The position numbers and the translations under genes were made by a program. Under the pieces are notes generated by a model. The model did no database searches. It worked only from the letters and a program-made list of their open reading frames with translations, and had not been told where the DNA came from. This document shows, one piece after another, positions 18,927 to 30,800 of a stretch of DNA of 64,000 nucleotides. The stretch is from a virus: positions 1 to 64,000 of IMG/VR virus record IMGVR_UViG_3300008107_000033. The stretch is one strand, 5' to 3'. The first letter of the stretch is position 1, and each line of letters starts with the position of its first letter.

Positions 18927-19727
18927 ATGGCACAAAACACAGTTGGCTGGCCAAGATTTGGTCTTACAGACTCATATACAAAATTAAAATTTGCAGAACC
19001 ACTTCAGTCTGAAGGTAACCTATCATACCTAGAATTTATTTCTACCGTTAAATCTTTATGGGAACAGTCTTTTCCAAATTTTCCAATTAAATCTTCATCG
19101 CCATCTGATCCATCATTTACTTGGTTTAATCCGAATTATGTAGATCCATCTACTGGTCAGACAACCGGAAGAATGGAAGATACTCCAGCAATTATAACTT
19201 ATTCTTTGGAACTAAGAAAAGCTCATTCGGTCGAACCAAAACCAAGAATGAGACAAATAACTAGTGGCAATATATATATTTATGGACAAAGATTTCAAAA
19301 CATTATAGCTTTTCACGCACTTGCTCCGTCAGGCAATAGGTCTGGAGCAAATACAAATACAAGAATAGATGATCAAGATAATGCTTATGTAGTTGAATCT
19401 TTAATCGAAACATTTGAAGATTTTATGATGGAATTTACTCCTATTTTTAAAAAAATAGGAGCTTCAGAGTTAGTATATTCAAGGAGATTGGCTGACTCAG
19501 AAGTAAACAGAGAGTCAAAAGATATTCATAAAAGAACAGTAACTTACATGCTTACCACTGAAAAAACATTTGCAGCTAAGGCTGAGACTATTGAGCAAAT
19601 TGCTATTGACCTAAGAACGGCCATGGCATATGAGCCCGAACTATTGACATCAGCAACGCCAAATTATCAAAGTATAAGTATTAATATTGTTGACCTACAA
19701 CAAGGTTCTACGCCTGGGTTTAATTAA
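18927..19727 (+). CDS. Putative tail terminator/completion protein
   Basis: Directly upstream of the sheath gene; size and alpha/beta pattern fit. Confidence 0.5.
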   Translation: MAQNTVGWPRFGLTDSYTKLKFAEPLQSEGNLSYLEFISTVKSLWEQSFPNFPIKSSSPSDPSFTWFNPNYVDPSTGQTTGRMEDTPAIITYSLELRKAHSVEPKPRMRQITSGNIYIYGQRFQNIIAFHALAPSGNRSGANTNTRIDDQDNAYVVESLIETFEDFMMEFTPIFKKIGASELVYSRRLADSEVNRESKDIHKRTVTYMLTTEKTFAAKAETIEQIAIDLRTAMAYEPELLTSATPNYQSISINIVDLQQGSTPGFN

Positions 19728-19782
19728 GTATATAAAAAACTTATCTAAATTGGCTTGTTGAGTTATTTTTATAACTTATCTG

Positions 19783-19790
19783 TTACTATA
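19783..19790 (+). promoter_or_regulatory. Candidate late-promoter motif TTACTATA upstream of the sheath gene
   Basis: Intergenic; followed by GGAGG SD. Confidence 0.5.
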
Positions 19791-19837
19791 AAAGAAGAAT
19801 TAATGCCCCATAATTTAGTCGGAGGTTTAAAGATAAC

Positions 19838-21085
19838 ATGGCTATTCCTGGAGTAACCACCCTAATCAGAGATCGCTTCTATAGCGTATCGCGCACAAAT
19901 ACACCAGCAGGTCCTAGAATTGTTGTTATAGCAAAGAGAGACACTGCAGACAATTACGGTAACGTTAGTGATCTTGATATCGTTCAAGCAACAACAGAAA
20001 AAGACGTAATTGCCGCATTTGGTGAAGGTTCAGATCTTCATAAAGCATTTTTGGAATTGATTTCAGCAGGCGCTGAAAGAATATATATGGTTCCACTTCC
20101 AAGTTCAACTGTTTTCAATCACACAGATGGCTATGTAACAGCAACCGGATACACATTAGACGCAATGTTTGACGCTGCATACGCTGCTGCTGAGACAGTT
20201 CTTCCTGACATTATCGTTCCTTGGGGCAGGGGCGGAAATTCTGATGACTGGGAAGATCCAGCAACTCCTGGCGACACAGAGTATGGTTTTTACGCCAATA
20301 ACTCATCGACATATGGAAACAGCTGGGTATACAAGGCAGCTGTTAGAACTAAGAATATTGCAGAAAATATTCACCCATGCATTTCAATCTTGGGCGTTAA
20401 GCCATACGATGATGGTGTAAAAGAAGTTATGACACCAGCAGCAGTTGCATCACACTTAGCTCTTAGCACTCTTGTGAGCAGAGATGTTGCAAACCTAAAA
20501 GATTACGGCCCTTATGTTTGCGTAATTGCAACAGAAATTAAGCCTGTATCTTATGGCACAAGCACCGGAGATGATTATGGTTATGCAAACGGAGCATGTG
20601 CAATGGCAGCATCGTTAAGCAAGCTCGCTGCATATTCTTCGGTTACAGCAAAGCCATTGTACAATGTTGAGTCAATGCGTTATGCTCCAACAAGAACTCA
20701 ACAAGAAGCACTTGGCAACAAGGGTGTAAACTCAGTAGTTCTTAACTTTAACAAGATTGCAGTATTTGGTGACGGACTCACATTTGCTGCAAACGGTTCT
20801 GACTACTCAAGACTTTCCACTAAGAGAGTCGTAGATGAAGCAGCGAACGTTGTTCGTCAATCATGCCAGAAGTTTGTTGGTGAACCATCGACTATCCAAA
20901 TGAGAACATCAATGGAAACGGCGATTTCATCAGCACTCAGAGGAATGCAATTGGTAGGTGCCTTGCTGGCAAGTGATTTCAATGTCACATATGTTCCAGA
21001 TTTAAACAAGGCGATTGTAGACCTCGTCATAACACCTGCTTTCGAACTAAAGTCGATTGAGGTTCAAATAGCTGTTAATATATAA
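19838..21085 (+). CDS. Tail sheath protein
   Basis: MAIPGV N-terminus, FGEGSDL..A, DGLT...SDYSRLSTKRVV and C-terminal P.FELK.I are typical of contractile sheaths. Confidence 0.85.
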   Translation: MAIPGVTTLIRDRFYSVSRTNTPAGPRIVVIAKRDTADNYGNVSDLDIVQATTEKDVIAAFGEGSDLHKAFLELISAGAERIYMVPLPSSTVFNHTDGYVTATGYTLDAMFDAAYAAAETVLPDIIVPWGRGGNSDDWEDPATPGDTEYGFYANNSSTYGNSWVYKAAVRTKNIAENIHPCISILGVKPYDDGVKEVMTPAAVASHLALSTLVSRDVANLKDYGPYVCVIATEIKPVSYGTSTGDDYGYANGACAMAASLSKLAAYSSVTAKPLYNVESMRYAPTRTQQEALGNKGVNSVVLNFNKIAVFGDGLTFAANGSDYSRLSTKRVVDEAANVVRQSCQKFVGEPSTIQMRTSMETAISSALRGMQLVGALLASDFNVTYVPDLNKAIVDLVITPAFELKSIEVQIAVNI

Positions 21086-21105
21086 TACCGATTGGAGGGT
21101 AAAAA

Positions 21106-21798
21106 ATGGCTTCTGACGTAAATTCAGTAAACAAATATCTAAATACATATACAACTTTCTCAGGTGCAGATATCGTAGCCACATTTGGTGGTGTTGAAAT
21201 AGGTGCACTTTCAGGAATTACATTCTCTGTAACAAGAGAAAAAGCACCAATCTACACAATGGGTTCACCAAACCCACGCTCATTCTCAAGGGGTAAGCGC
21301 GGTATTGCTGGTTCATTAATCTTTACGGTGTTTGATCGCCCAGCACTTTACACAATGTTGGAAAAGAATTATACAAATAATAAGCCTATGGACTTCTACA
21401 CAAGAGCTCATAACACACTTCCAGGTGACATAAATTCTATGGGAAGAGGAATCCCAGGGGTTGGAGCTGAAGGAAGAAACAACTGGACAAGAGATGTTCA
21501 GAAAAAAGTTCCTTACTACGCAGACCAAATTCCACCATTCGATATCACAGTTACATTTGTTAACGAATATGGAAACGCAGCAGTAAGATCAATTTATGGA
21601 GTTGAGCTTTTGAACGAAGGTTCGGGAGCATCAATGGATGATATAGTAATTGAAGAAACAATGACCTACGTCGCTAGAGAACTTGGACCAATGTATACCA
21701 TTGCAACATCAGCTCTGGAAAAAGATCAGAGTAATCTTGCTGATATCATCGACGGAAACGCCGTAAAAGGTATGAGAACAGATATAATCCGTCCATAA
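21106..21798 (+). CDS. Tail tube protein
   Basis: Follows the sheath; FSGADIVATF, REKAPIYTMGS..PRSFSRGKRGIAGSL, PPFDITVTF.NEYG; GGAGG SD; followed by a hairpin. Confidence 0.8.
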   Translation: MASDVNSVNKYLNTYTTFSGADIVATFGGVEIGALSGITFSVTREKAPIYTMGSPNPRSFSRGKRGIAGSLIFTVFDRPALYTMLEKNYTNNKPMDFYTRAHNTLPGDINSMGRGIPGVGAEGRNNWTRDVQKKVPYYADQIPPFDITVTFVNEYGNAAVRSIYGVELLNEGSGASMDDIVIEETMTYVARELGPMYTIATSALEKDQSNLADIIDGNAVKGMRTDIIRP

Positions 21799-21819
21799 CT
21801 AGATCTTAATAGTTATTCT

Positions 21820-21859
21820 GAGTAGTGCATGAGGGGAATAATTCCTTCATGCACTATTC
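21820..21859 (+). terminator. Long stem-loop after the tube gene (terminator or mRNA-stability element)
   Basis: gagtagtgcatgagggga pairs with ttccttcatgcactattc, about 18 bp including G-U pairs; short U tract only. Confidence 0.65.
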
Positions 21860-21874
21860 TATTTAGGAGATAAA

Positions 21875-22582
21875 ATGGCACAAGCCAATAAAACGTACAC
21901 TATTTCTTCTGTTAATCCAAAAGATGGAACGTTTAATTTTGAAGATGCATTAAATAATATCTCTTATGCTGGAGCAGATATTGTTGCAACAATGATTTTG
22001 CCCCCAATGGGAACAGCTAATACAGCTGGTGACTATTTGGAAATAGGAGATTTACAAACTGTATCCTATTCAATTCATAGAGAAAATACACCAATAAGAA
22101 CATTGGGACATTCAAACGTAAGAGGATTTGTTAAGGGATCTAGAACAATAGCTGGATCATTAATTTTTACCGTATTCAATGAATACACTTGGTATAAAAT
22201 CAAAGAGTATCAAGACTATCTATCTAGAAGCAATGGTTTTTTTGCTCCATTGGCAGATATGTTGCCACCATTTGATATCGTCTTTACATTCTTTAATGAG
22301 TACGGCAATGCTTCAAAAATGAAGATATATGGAGTTACTATAGTTGACGAAGGTCAAACCATGTCAATTGATGATATAATGACTGAACAGACATATACGT
22401 TTATGGCTAGAGGCATTCAGCCAATGACTAATATAATTAATGAAAAAGAAATGATGAAAATGCCAGAAGAAGATGCCCGAAGGGCAGCTCAAAGAAATAG
22501 AAATATATTTGGGGATAGCGTTGAAGGAGTAGGTATAACTACTCTTTATCAAAACTTTATAGATGAAATTTATACTCTTTAG
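21875..22582 (+). CDS. Tail tube-like protein (probable tube initiator)
   Basis: YAGADIVAT, RGFVKGSRTIAGSLIFTVF and PPFDIVFTFFNEYG make it paralogous to the tube. Confidence 0.75.
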   Translation: MAQANKTYTISSVNPKDGTFNFEDALNNISYAGADIVATMILPPMGTANTAGDYLEIGDLQTVSYSIHRENTPIRTLGHSNVRGFVKGSRTIAGSLIFTVFNEYTWYKIKEYQDYLSRSNGFFAPLADMLPPFDIVFTFFNEYGNASKMKIYGVTIVDEGQTMSIDDIMTEQTYTFMARGIQPMTNIINEKEMMKMPEEDARRAAQRNRNIFGDSVEGVGITTLYQNFIDEIYTL

Positions 22583-22591
22583 TAGGTAAAG

Positions 22592-23584
22592 ATGGCTGGT
22601 AATAGAAGCGAAAGATTTGATCCACTATCCGATCAATTGGATTTAATATGGTCAGGTAGTCAAACCGCAGAAAAAAATTCATTTAATACTTATTATGATT
22701 ATTTTTTCAGTGGAGAAGACATCAAAGTTTATATTGATGGATTATTTTCAGAAGAAGACGAATTAGATATAGCTGCACTATCCTATAATATAAGGCAAGA
22801 AAAACAGCCACTATATGGCTTTTGGTCATATAACTATGATGCCATGATGTACGGAACAAGAATTATAACTGGAGAGTTTTCGGTATACACAAGACACCCA
22901 AGAAGAATTACACATCTATTGGAAAAAGCATCGGTTGCAAGAACACATGAACCAGATCCAAGAAAAAATAATGCCTTTGTTAAATCTACATTAAGAGGCG
23001 TAGATTATGGTTCATCAGCTTCATCTGTAAGAAGTCTAGAAGATGAAAAAAAAGTACAAAAGTACTGGGCATATAGTCAATTAGATAGAATATCTACAGA
23101 TCCATTTTCTAAGAATGTTGTAGATTCTGGAAAAAATATATTTAGCGCACACCCACCATTTAATTTTATTATACTTTACGGAGTTGAAGAAGTTTCAACA
23201 ACATCAAGAGACTATCTAAAGGCAGAAGATAAAGTTATAGAATCAAATTTAGATAGAATGATGATTTCTGATATTAATGAAAGATTGATTAAACCAAATA
23301 CAAATAACCAAGCTAGTCCAATGAAAATAGTTTTACAGGAAGTTCAGCTTATGAGCATGACAACAGCATATGCTTCTGGCGGTTCACCATTAATTGAAAA
23401 TTATCAATTTATGGCTAGGGATTATTATTTTAGTGAGGTTGATTTAGGGTTTATTAAGAATTCGGTAACAACCAATACTTCTGATGAACCGGTTATATCC
23501 TCATTCCAAAACGGCATTGCTACGCAAACCGCAACAAACTATAATTCTTCTTCAAGAAATCAACCTCCAGATTATTTCTTATAG
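22592..23584 (+). CDS. Tail tube-like protein (third paralogue)
   Basis: FSGEDIKVY, EKQPLYG, GTRIITGEF, PPFNFII, YQFMAR. Confidence 0.65.
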   Translation: MAGNRSERFDPLSDQLDLIWSGSQTAEKNSFNTYYDYFFSGEDIKVYIDGLFSEEDELDIAALSYNIRQEKQPLYGFWSYNYDAMMYGTRIITGEFSVYTRHPRRITHLLEKASVARTHEPDPRKNNAFVKSTLRGVDYGSSASSVRSLEDEKKVQKYWAYSQLDRISTDPFSKNVVDSGKNIFSAHPPFNFIILYGVEEVSTTSRDYLKAEDKVIESNLDRMMISDINERLIKPNTNNQASPMKIVLQEVQLMSMTTAYASGGSPLIENYQFMARDYYFSEVDLGFIKNSVTTNTSDEPVISSFQNGIATQTATNYNSSSRNQPPDYFL

Positions 23585-23601
23585 ATATTTAATAGTTAAA
23601 T

Positions 23602-23630
23602 TTGTTATATAAAAATATATCATGTATAAT
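23602..23630 (+). promoter_or_regulatory. Possible sigma70-type promoter TTGTTA-N17-TATAAT
   Basis: Intergenic, upstream of the AAGGAG SD of ORF 23659. Confidence 0.4.
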
Positions 23631-23658
23631 GTAATGTGATTCTTTTATTTAAGGAGAA

Positions 23659-24177
23659 ATGATGGCAGCAAGAAAAGTAACAATAAAAAACAACCCAGAA
23701 GCCGCAGAGCAAATGGGCGCAGATGAAGTAACTGAAGTAACAGTTGAAGGTTCGGCTGGAGAAGATGTAGACACTGAAGTGGTTCTTGAAGAATCGGTGA
23801 GCGTTGAGTCTCTTCCTGATGATCAAGAGATTTGGGATGGCGGTCCAAATGCCGGCATGATCAAAGCATGGAAAGAACAGTTCGGTGAAGTATATGTTAC
23901 ATCGATAACCTTTGATAAGCACATCGTATGGAGAGTTCTTAATAGACTTGAATACAAGAATCTTGTTAAGAAAATGGAACAGCTTGTTCAGGCTGGACAG
24001 TTAAGCTCAGCAGAAGCGAATATGTGGAACGAAGAAGCGATTGCTGAATTGTGCATTCTTTATCCGCAATTTGACAAAATAGAGATGAAGGGCATTATGG
24101 CTGGTATTCCATCCTTGATTTCCCAAGAGGTATTAGAAGCCTCCGGATTCGTTGCCTTGGAAGTAAGACAATTATAA
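23659..24177 (+). CDS. Tail assembly chaperone
   Basis: Acidic N-terminus; WKEQFGEVY...WRVLNR.EY...CILYP...GIPSLISQEVLEASGF; lies between the tube genes and the tape measure. Confidence 0.65.
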   Translation: MMAARKVTIKNNPEAAEQMGADEVTEVTVEGSAGEDVDTEVVLEESVSVESLPDDQEIWDGGPNAGMIKAWKEQFGEVYVTSITFDKHIVWRVLNRLEYKNLVKKMEQLVQAGQLSSAEANMWNEEAIAELCILYPQFDKIEMKGIMAGIPSLISQEVLEASGFVALEVRQL

Positions 24178-24186
24178 TTTTAAAAT

Positions 24187-24816
24187 ATGATAGAACCTGA
24201 AAAACTTTATGAACTTAAAAAGAAGCATGGTTCTATATTTAGTGTTGACCTAAAGAACCAGCAGGTAATTTTTAGGGAATTAACATTTGATGAATATGAT
24301 AAAATTCTTGAATATAAGAATTCAGAGGAAACATCTTCTCTAGACGCAGAAGATTTAATTATTAATTCTGCAGTTGTATATCCTGATGATTTTTCTGTAG
24401 ACAAAGTGCAGCCTGGCTTAATAGCTTCTTTAGCTCAGGAGATAATGGATTTTTCTGGCTTTTATTCTGCCGGCTTAGCTAAAAGCATTTTGGAATCTAA
24501 AAGAGAAAAAGCAAATGAAGTAAGAAGCTTAATGAAAGCTTTTGTTTTGGCTACTATAAATACGTATTCTCCTGAAGACTTAGATGAAATGACGTTTTCT
24601 CAATTGGCTGAATTGGTTGCTTTATCAGAAAAAATTATAGAAATAAAACAAAATATAAATGGAATTGAATCAACTAATATTACTCTTCAGTTGATAGATC
24701 CTGAAGAGGAATTGGCTAAGCAAAAACAGTCAGCAGCAAGACATAATCTTTCTAAGAAAGTAGGAGAGGCAGATTATCAGGACCCAATAGCACAAAAGCT
24801 TTGGGGCATGCAATAA
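24187..24816 (+). CDS. Tail assembly chaperone-like protein (paralogue of 23659)
   Basis: LKKKHGSIF...FRELT..EY...VVYP...GLIASLAQEIMDFSGF. Confidence 0.6.
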   Translation: MIEPEKLYELKKKHGSIFSVDLKNQQVIFRELTFDEYDKILEYKNSEETSSLDAEDLIINSAVVYPDDFSVDKVQPGLIASLAQEIMDFSGFYSAGLAKSILESKREKANEVRSLMKAFVLATINTYSPEDLDEMTFSQLAELVALSEKIIEIKQNINGIESTNITLQLIDPEEELAKQKQSAARHNLSKKVGEADYQDPIAQKLWGMQ

Positions 24817-24834
24817 TAAAAAAGGGGAGTTAAA

Positions 24835-27800
24835 TTGATTAGAGATCGTGGACCAATTCATAACTTAGGTTATGGCGTTACGTCCAGGGATCTATCTTTC
24901 AATGAGGGTGAAACAGAAGGCGTTTCTCCTAATAGTGGTCAATTAACAAAAGCTCTTGATGGCCATCCGGTCATGAGGTTCTTTGCTCACACTGGAGCAA
25001 CAATAGCCGTTGCTGGCGTTATGTCGGCAATGATGAAAAAGGGTGGGCTAAAACTAGCTCAAAAATTACAAAGTTCTACAACTGATTTTGCAACCTCGTC
25101 AGTTAGAACAATAACAGACATAAGAAGACATCTTGATCAACTGCAAGGTGTTAAAAGATTTGTTGAAGATGGTGTTGATCCATATTCAAAACTTGTATTT
25201 GAAACTGAAGAGGGATTAACAACTGGATATAAAGGCTCAAGCAGTGAATCTCATAGACTTTACAATCTTACAAAAGATGAGATAAGACAAGCTCAAAGAG
25301 GCCCAACTCACGCTCCACCAGCCCTGTTTACGATGCAGGATGAAATACAAAAGAGATTAGTAAGGGCGGGAAGAAGGCTTCCATACGAACTTCCAGCTTT
25401 GTATGTGGCTCAGAGGGGTCTAACAGATAATCTCTTTAGCGAGAATGAAAACAAGAAAAAAGTCAATTGGTATAATCCAGTAGACGTAGTAACAGATTTT
25501 GTTAAAACATCAGTTACAAACCTTGCAACTACAATTCTTCCATTTGAAATACTTGGCAGTAGTGCAACGGTAACAAGAAGTTCATTAATGAATTTCAAAA
25601 ACTCAATGGGCTCTTTAAGGAGTATGAGTCCAACAAAACAAGCATTGAGCAAGGGATTTGTAGATCTTTCTGAAGTTTTGTCAGAAGTAGGACACGATGC
25701 AGCTTCTGTCTCTAATAAGTTTTTAAAGAAAGCATCACAGCTCAGTGGGGCATTTGATGCCGGAGCACAAGCGTTTAAAGAGCAACCAAGATTTGTTCAA
25801 TCACTCCACGATGCTAGACATGGCGCTAAAATTGCAGGCGATGCAGCTAGGGCAAAAAATACAAGCTCCGCAAGGAGGGCCACAGAAGCAGTAAAAGCTT
25901 TTGCGTTTGGTCTTGATTCTCCAGCTACAATTCCGGGAACAACCACTCCAATTCAGTATGGAGCGTTTGACGCTATCCCTGCATTTAGGGGTTTAAGCGG
26001 TGCAATAAAATCTGGTTATAAAGAATTTAAAATGTCGGGTCAAGCTTATGATGCCCTTCAAAGCTCAATTAAATATAATCAGATTATATCTGATGCTTCA
26101 ATGGCAGTTGGTACTGCATCTAGAAATTCTTTTGAAAAATCAATACAGAGAATTCAATCTCAACACTCAAGTAGATTAACTCGTCTTGCTGGTCAGATAT
26201 CATTACTTGGAGCTGGTGGTCCAGGTGATAAAGCTTTTGGCAGATCAGATTTCTACAGGGGTCAGCAAACTCATGAATATAAAAACCTTCTTGCACAAAG
26301 ATTAAAAGCAAAAGGTGTATTAGGCGATGCAGAAATAGATGATTTTGTAAATCAATTAAGAGTAAATACTCCAGGAAGAGGATCACATTCTACAAACGTA
26401 GTTTCGATAGGAAGAGCAACAATCGTTTCTGACGAAAGCGAATATTACGATATTGTTCTTAAGAAATATAAAACTCTTAAGCATGGAAAAAGCTTTGAAC
26501 AGTCTATAACTGCCGTTGCGGGTGGAACTAGTCCGCAGAATTTCTTAAAAGAAATTATTGATGAAACAAATTCTCAATTCTTGAGTAAAGAATTCCAACT
26601 TGGAATGAGAAACAAGATTGAAAATCAATGGAATTCATTTGCGAGAAATGATCTAGTAGACATTGCCGGAAAAATACTTAAACCACAAAAGGCAGTTTAT
26701 AATGAATTTGTTGGACCATTAAGTTCGGCAAAACAACAATTCTTACAAAGAAAAACAGCCCAAGTACTTGGTGTAAAATTAAAAAATGATTCTGGAAGAA
26801 TGGTATCAGATGATATCGTTAAGAAGGGATTAGCAAATAGAGGATTTGACCCAAATGATTTTGTAGGATTAAGATCTTTTCTATTAGAAAAAAGGCAAAT
26901 ATCCTCTGGTTTATTTGGTGGCAATTATAATATCTTTGGACTAAAACCACTTCTTATAGATGAAGCAATACAAAAAGATAGATTTAAAGGACTACCAAAT
27001 TCTCAAAAAAGAGTAATATCAGATCTTGCTGGAAGAATGGCAATTAATGATCCTGTTTCTAAATCCATAGGACTTAATAGATTAGATGGGGTTTACAAAA
27101 CTAGATCAGGAAATATATTAGACTTTAGTACAATAAAAAACACTTTTTCGAATACAGCTAATTTCTTTGCTTCTGAATTCCAAATACCAATTATTAAATT
27201 AAATCCAGCTGACTTATTTGGATTTAGGTCTTTTTCAGATATGGCCAAGAGAGGGCCATTGCAATATAGCCCAGGGAGATCAGTTCAACCATTTGGCGAC
27301 TTAGCAGCTTCAAAAGCAGACTTTCATATATGGCATAGCACTGGTGGATTTCTTGGAACAAAAGGTAAGGTTACTAGTTACTCAGTTAATTCAGAATCTG
27401 GTGCAACTTTTGGAAAAACATTAAGAGGAACATACAGGCCTCTTCCGACAAACAGCACAGAAATGCTTACACGACATGCTAGGTATGCAGCTGGTCTTTC
27501 TGGTCAAGCAGCCTATGAAGTAACAGGGCAGTCGGGTTCTAGATTTTTAGATAGAGTATTAAATAATTCCAGTAATAATCAAAGAGCTACTAGATTCAAA
27601 AGTAGAATGGCAGTTGACTCTGAACAGCCAAACTCTATATTTGGTCTTTTGTCTAGATTTCAAAAAAGAAATACTGATATAAATAGTCCAAAAATATTAT
27701 CTAAGTTATTAACTGGAGATGAAGTAACACTAAAGACTGACAGTGTTTCTAAAAAAATTAGATTAAATTCTAATAGTGGTGGTGTTAATTTTATAGATGA

Positions 27801-30800
27801 AGCTGGTGTAGCAGTTAGCGGTCTTGAAGAAAAACAAATACTCACTGCAATGAATGACCTGAGAAAGAATAGTTTTCAATACGGTCTACCTAAAAAGGTA
27901 ATGGAACAGTTAGAAATATTTGATAAAACTTTATTTACTTTTGGTGCAACAAATAAGAGTATAGCTAATATAAGTACACAAAAAGAAGCGTTTGACTTTG
28001 CAGCAGAGATAGAGGCATCTCTGCCGATGCTTAAGGCTCGAGCAAGACAAATGGGAATAGACCCAAGAGTTATAGAGCAATCTTTTTCTAGAATAAGAAT
28101 GCTGCAGCAAGAAAGTAATCTACTAGCTACATCACAATTAGCTCAAAGATCTCCATCAATTTCAACAAAGATGGACGAAATGCGAAATGAAATATTTAGA
28201 TTTGTTTCGCAAACCAATGCCGCCTTAACAGGCAATCCAGCATTGAGTGGTAGACAAGATGACATGTTTATCGCAATGCAAGATGTTATATTAAAATTAA
28301 AATCTCAACTTCCAGCATCAGAATTCGCAGAAGCACAAGCCGCAGCACTTTCAACACTATTCAACACTAGCGCATTTTCAACGTATAGGAGAGACGCTCA
28401 ACTATTTGACAATGCGAGAAGCGCAGCTACTAAGTTAAGAGAATTTTCTACAGGCAAAGGTAGCGAAGCAGTAAAAACCTTCTTTAATCCGTATGCATCT
28501 GGATCTGCATCTGTTATAAGTACAAATATAAAAAGGCCTTTTTCTTCTTTCCTTCCTCCATTTAAAAAAGCTTTCGGCACTGCTCAATATAAGATCGGTG
28601 ATTTATCAACAGATCCTTTGGGATCTTCTGGAAAAGCAATAACTTTTGTTCCAACCTTTGGAACGGTATTTGAAAAGAATCCATTTGGAGCAATCAAGAG
28701 TGCGTTAGGCTTAACAACATATTCTGACCCTAGTTCATACTCAACAGCGTCAACGCCAATATCGCAAGGTGTAGAACGTTTAAATAGATATTTTGGAACA
28801 CTTGGAATGCAATTAGATGTATCTAAGTTTAAAGGTCCATTAGATCTATATGCAAGAGGAATGGTAGGCAAACGAGTTCTTCCAATATATGCTGCTGGTA
28901 CAACCGCATTTACTGCAGACAGAATGTTGGGTGGAGCACTTGGACCAGAAGATAATTATGGGGAGAAAACATATTCTCCATTTGTTACAACAAAAGTTGC
29001 TAGAGCAATAGTCGAAACACAAGCAATTGCCGCAGGTATCACTCCTGGTGGCATGACAAAGGAAGAAAAGAAAGAACAACTCTTAGACGGAGAAGTGCCA
29101 ATCAGGCAGGGTAGATTTTGGCCATTGGGCAATACTCCATTCAAGGGTGGGAAAATTCAATATTATAGACCATCTTGGTATAGAAAATTACAAGGTGGAG
29201 CATTATTTACTTCTGACACATATGGAAGTCCAGCAGAAAAGTTCTTATTCTATAACGATATTTCGCCATTAAGAGCTTTAGATCCATATAGATTTGAAAG
29301 AAAACATTATGAAGATAGACCATATCCTGTAACTGGAGAATACTTTACTGGTCCATTTGGCCCTATAAATACAGCTTTGAATGCAACTGTGGGAAGAATA
29401 TTAAAGCCACGAGTACAAATGCACAAGCAAGAAGTAATGCAGGGTCTTGGCCAATATGTTGCAACTGGACAATATGGTGCGTATGACGCTGGTGCATACA
29501 ATGCTGGAATGGCTGGTGGATCAAACGTCATACCAATGACAAGAGGTGCAGGTGGTGGTCCCGGTGGATCTTATTCATCTACAATGGTTTCTTCCCAGGT
29601 AGGCGGTTCAAATGCAAACCTAAGAGGAGCAGCACAGTATCCATTAAATACTGCACGTGGAATGACACGTAATGCTGTAGCTGGATTAAACCAACCATTA
29701 ATGCAAATGTCATATGGTCCACCAAAACAAAGAGGGGTAATGTCACCAAAAATTACTCCAGTTGGTGAACCAATACGATCTGACTTGTCTGGAGAATTTG
29801 GGTACAGAGCTCAAGAAATGGCTGGTATTTATGGATTTGGATTTGCAAGTCTTAGAGAAAAATTCGGATTGGGCGAAGGTGACTTTGAGCCGAATAAAGC
29901 AATGCTACAATCAGCATCAAAGGGTTATGGAACATCCAGGGCTTTCTGGGATCTAAATCTTGGTGGTTTGGGCGACGTGCCAATTCCAGCACAAGGTGCC
30001 CTTGGTAATATAGAATTTTCTGAAATTGTAAGAAGATTTATTCCAAAAGAAAGAACTGGAATAGATTACATAAACCCAATTGCAAATACAATGGGCAAAC
30101 AATATCCGTTCATGCCTGGCCCAGAATATTATATTAACTTTCAAACAGGTGATCCATTTACAAAAGTCCAAGAAGGAGAAGTAAGACTTCCTGGAAGAGG
30201 ATATGAAAGATTTAATAGAATATCAGCAGATGAAACTGGTAAATATGGATTGGTTGATCAATTCAAAATCCTTGCAGACGTTGCTCCATATTCTCAGCAA
30301 TTTAAATCTTTAAATAAGATGATGGATAAGATGGCCTTAAGTCCAGATCAAAAAATAAAAATTCAAGAGATTAGAGGTCGAGTAGAAGATACAACAAGTA
30401 AATATGAATTTACTCCTTATCCTGATCAAAAAAATACAATAGGCGGCAGCGTAGGCAGAATGCAAAGACTTGGTGAGTATGTAGCACATCGAGATACTTT
30501 GTTTAATACAAAGTTCTTAAACAAGAGAACGGCGACCGAGGATTGGGAAAGAAGGAATGTTTATGGAGCAACTTTCCCACAGTGGCAAAGACCATTTGAA
30601 AGCTTTATTGAACCAATGCTCAATAAAGCAACCCAAAGAGATCCACTAACAGCAGCAGCAGCTTTGGGTATAACTGGTTCATTTTTTGGTAGAACTCCAA
30701 AGGCAAGATTATTTGGTAGTGCTTTAGGAACTATAGTTGGTGGAGGCGTATCTGCAATATCCCAACTTGGTGAAAAATTAACTGGGGAAAGATACATGCC

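Noticed and set aside
23659-24816. Lambda G/GT-type -1 frameshift between tail chaperones
   Set aside because: The two chaperones are separate paralogous ORFs in the same frame with their own starts; I saw no slippery heptamer at the junction.
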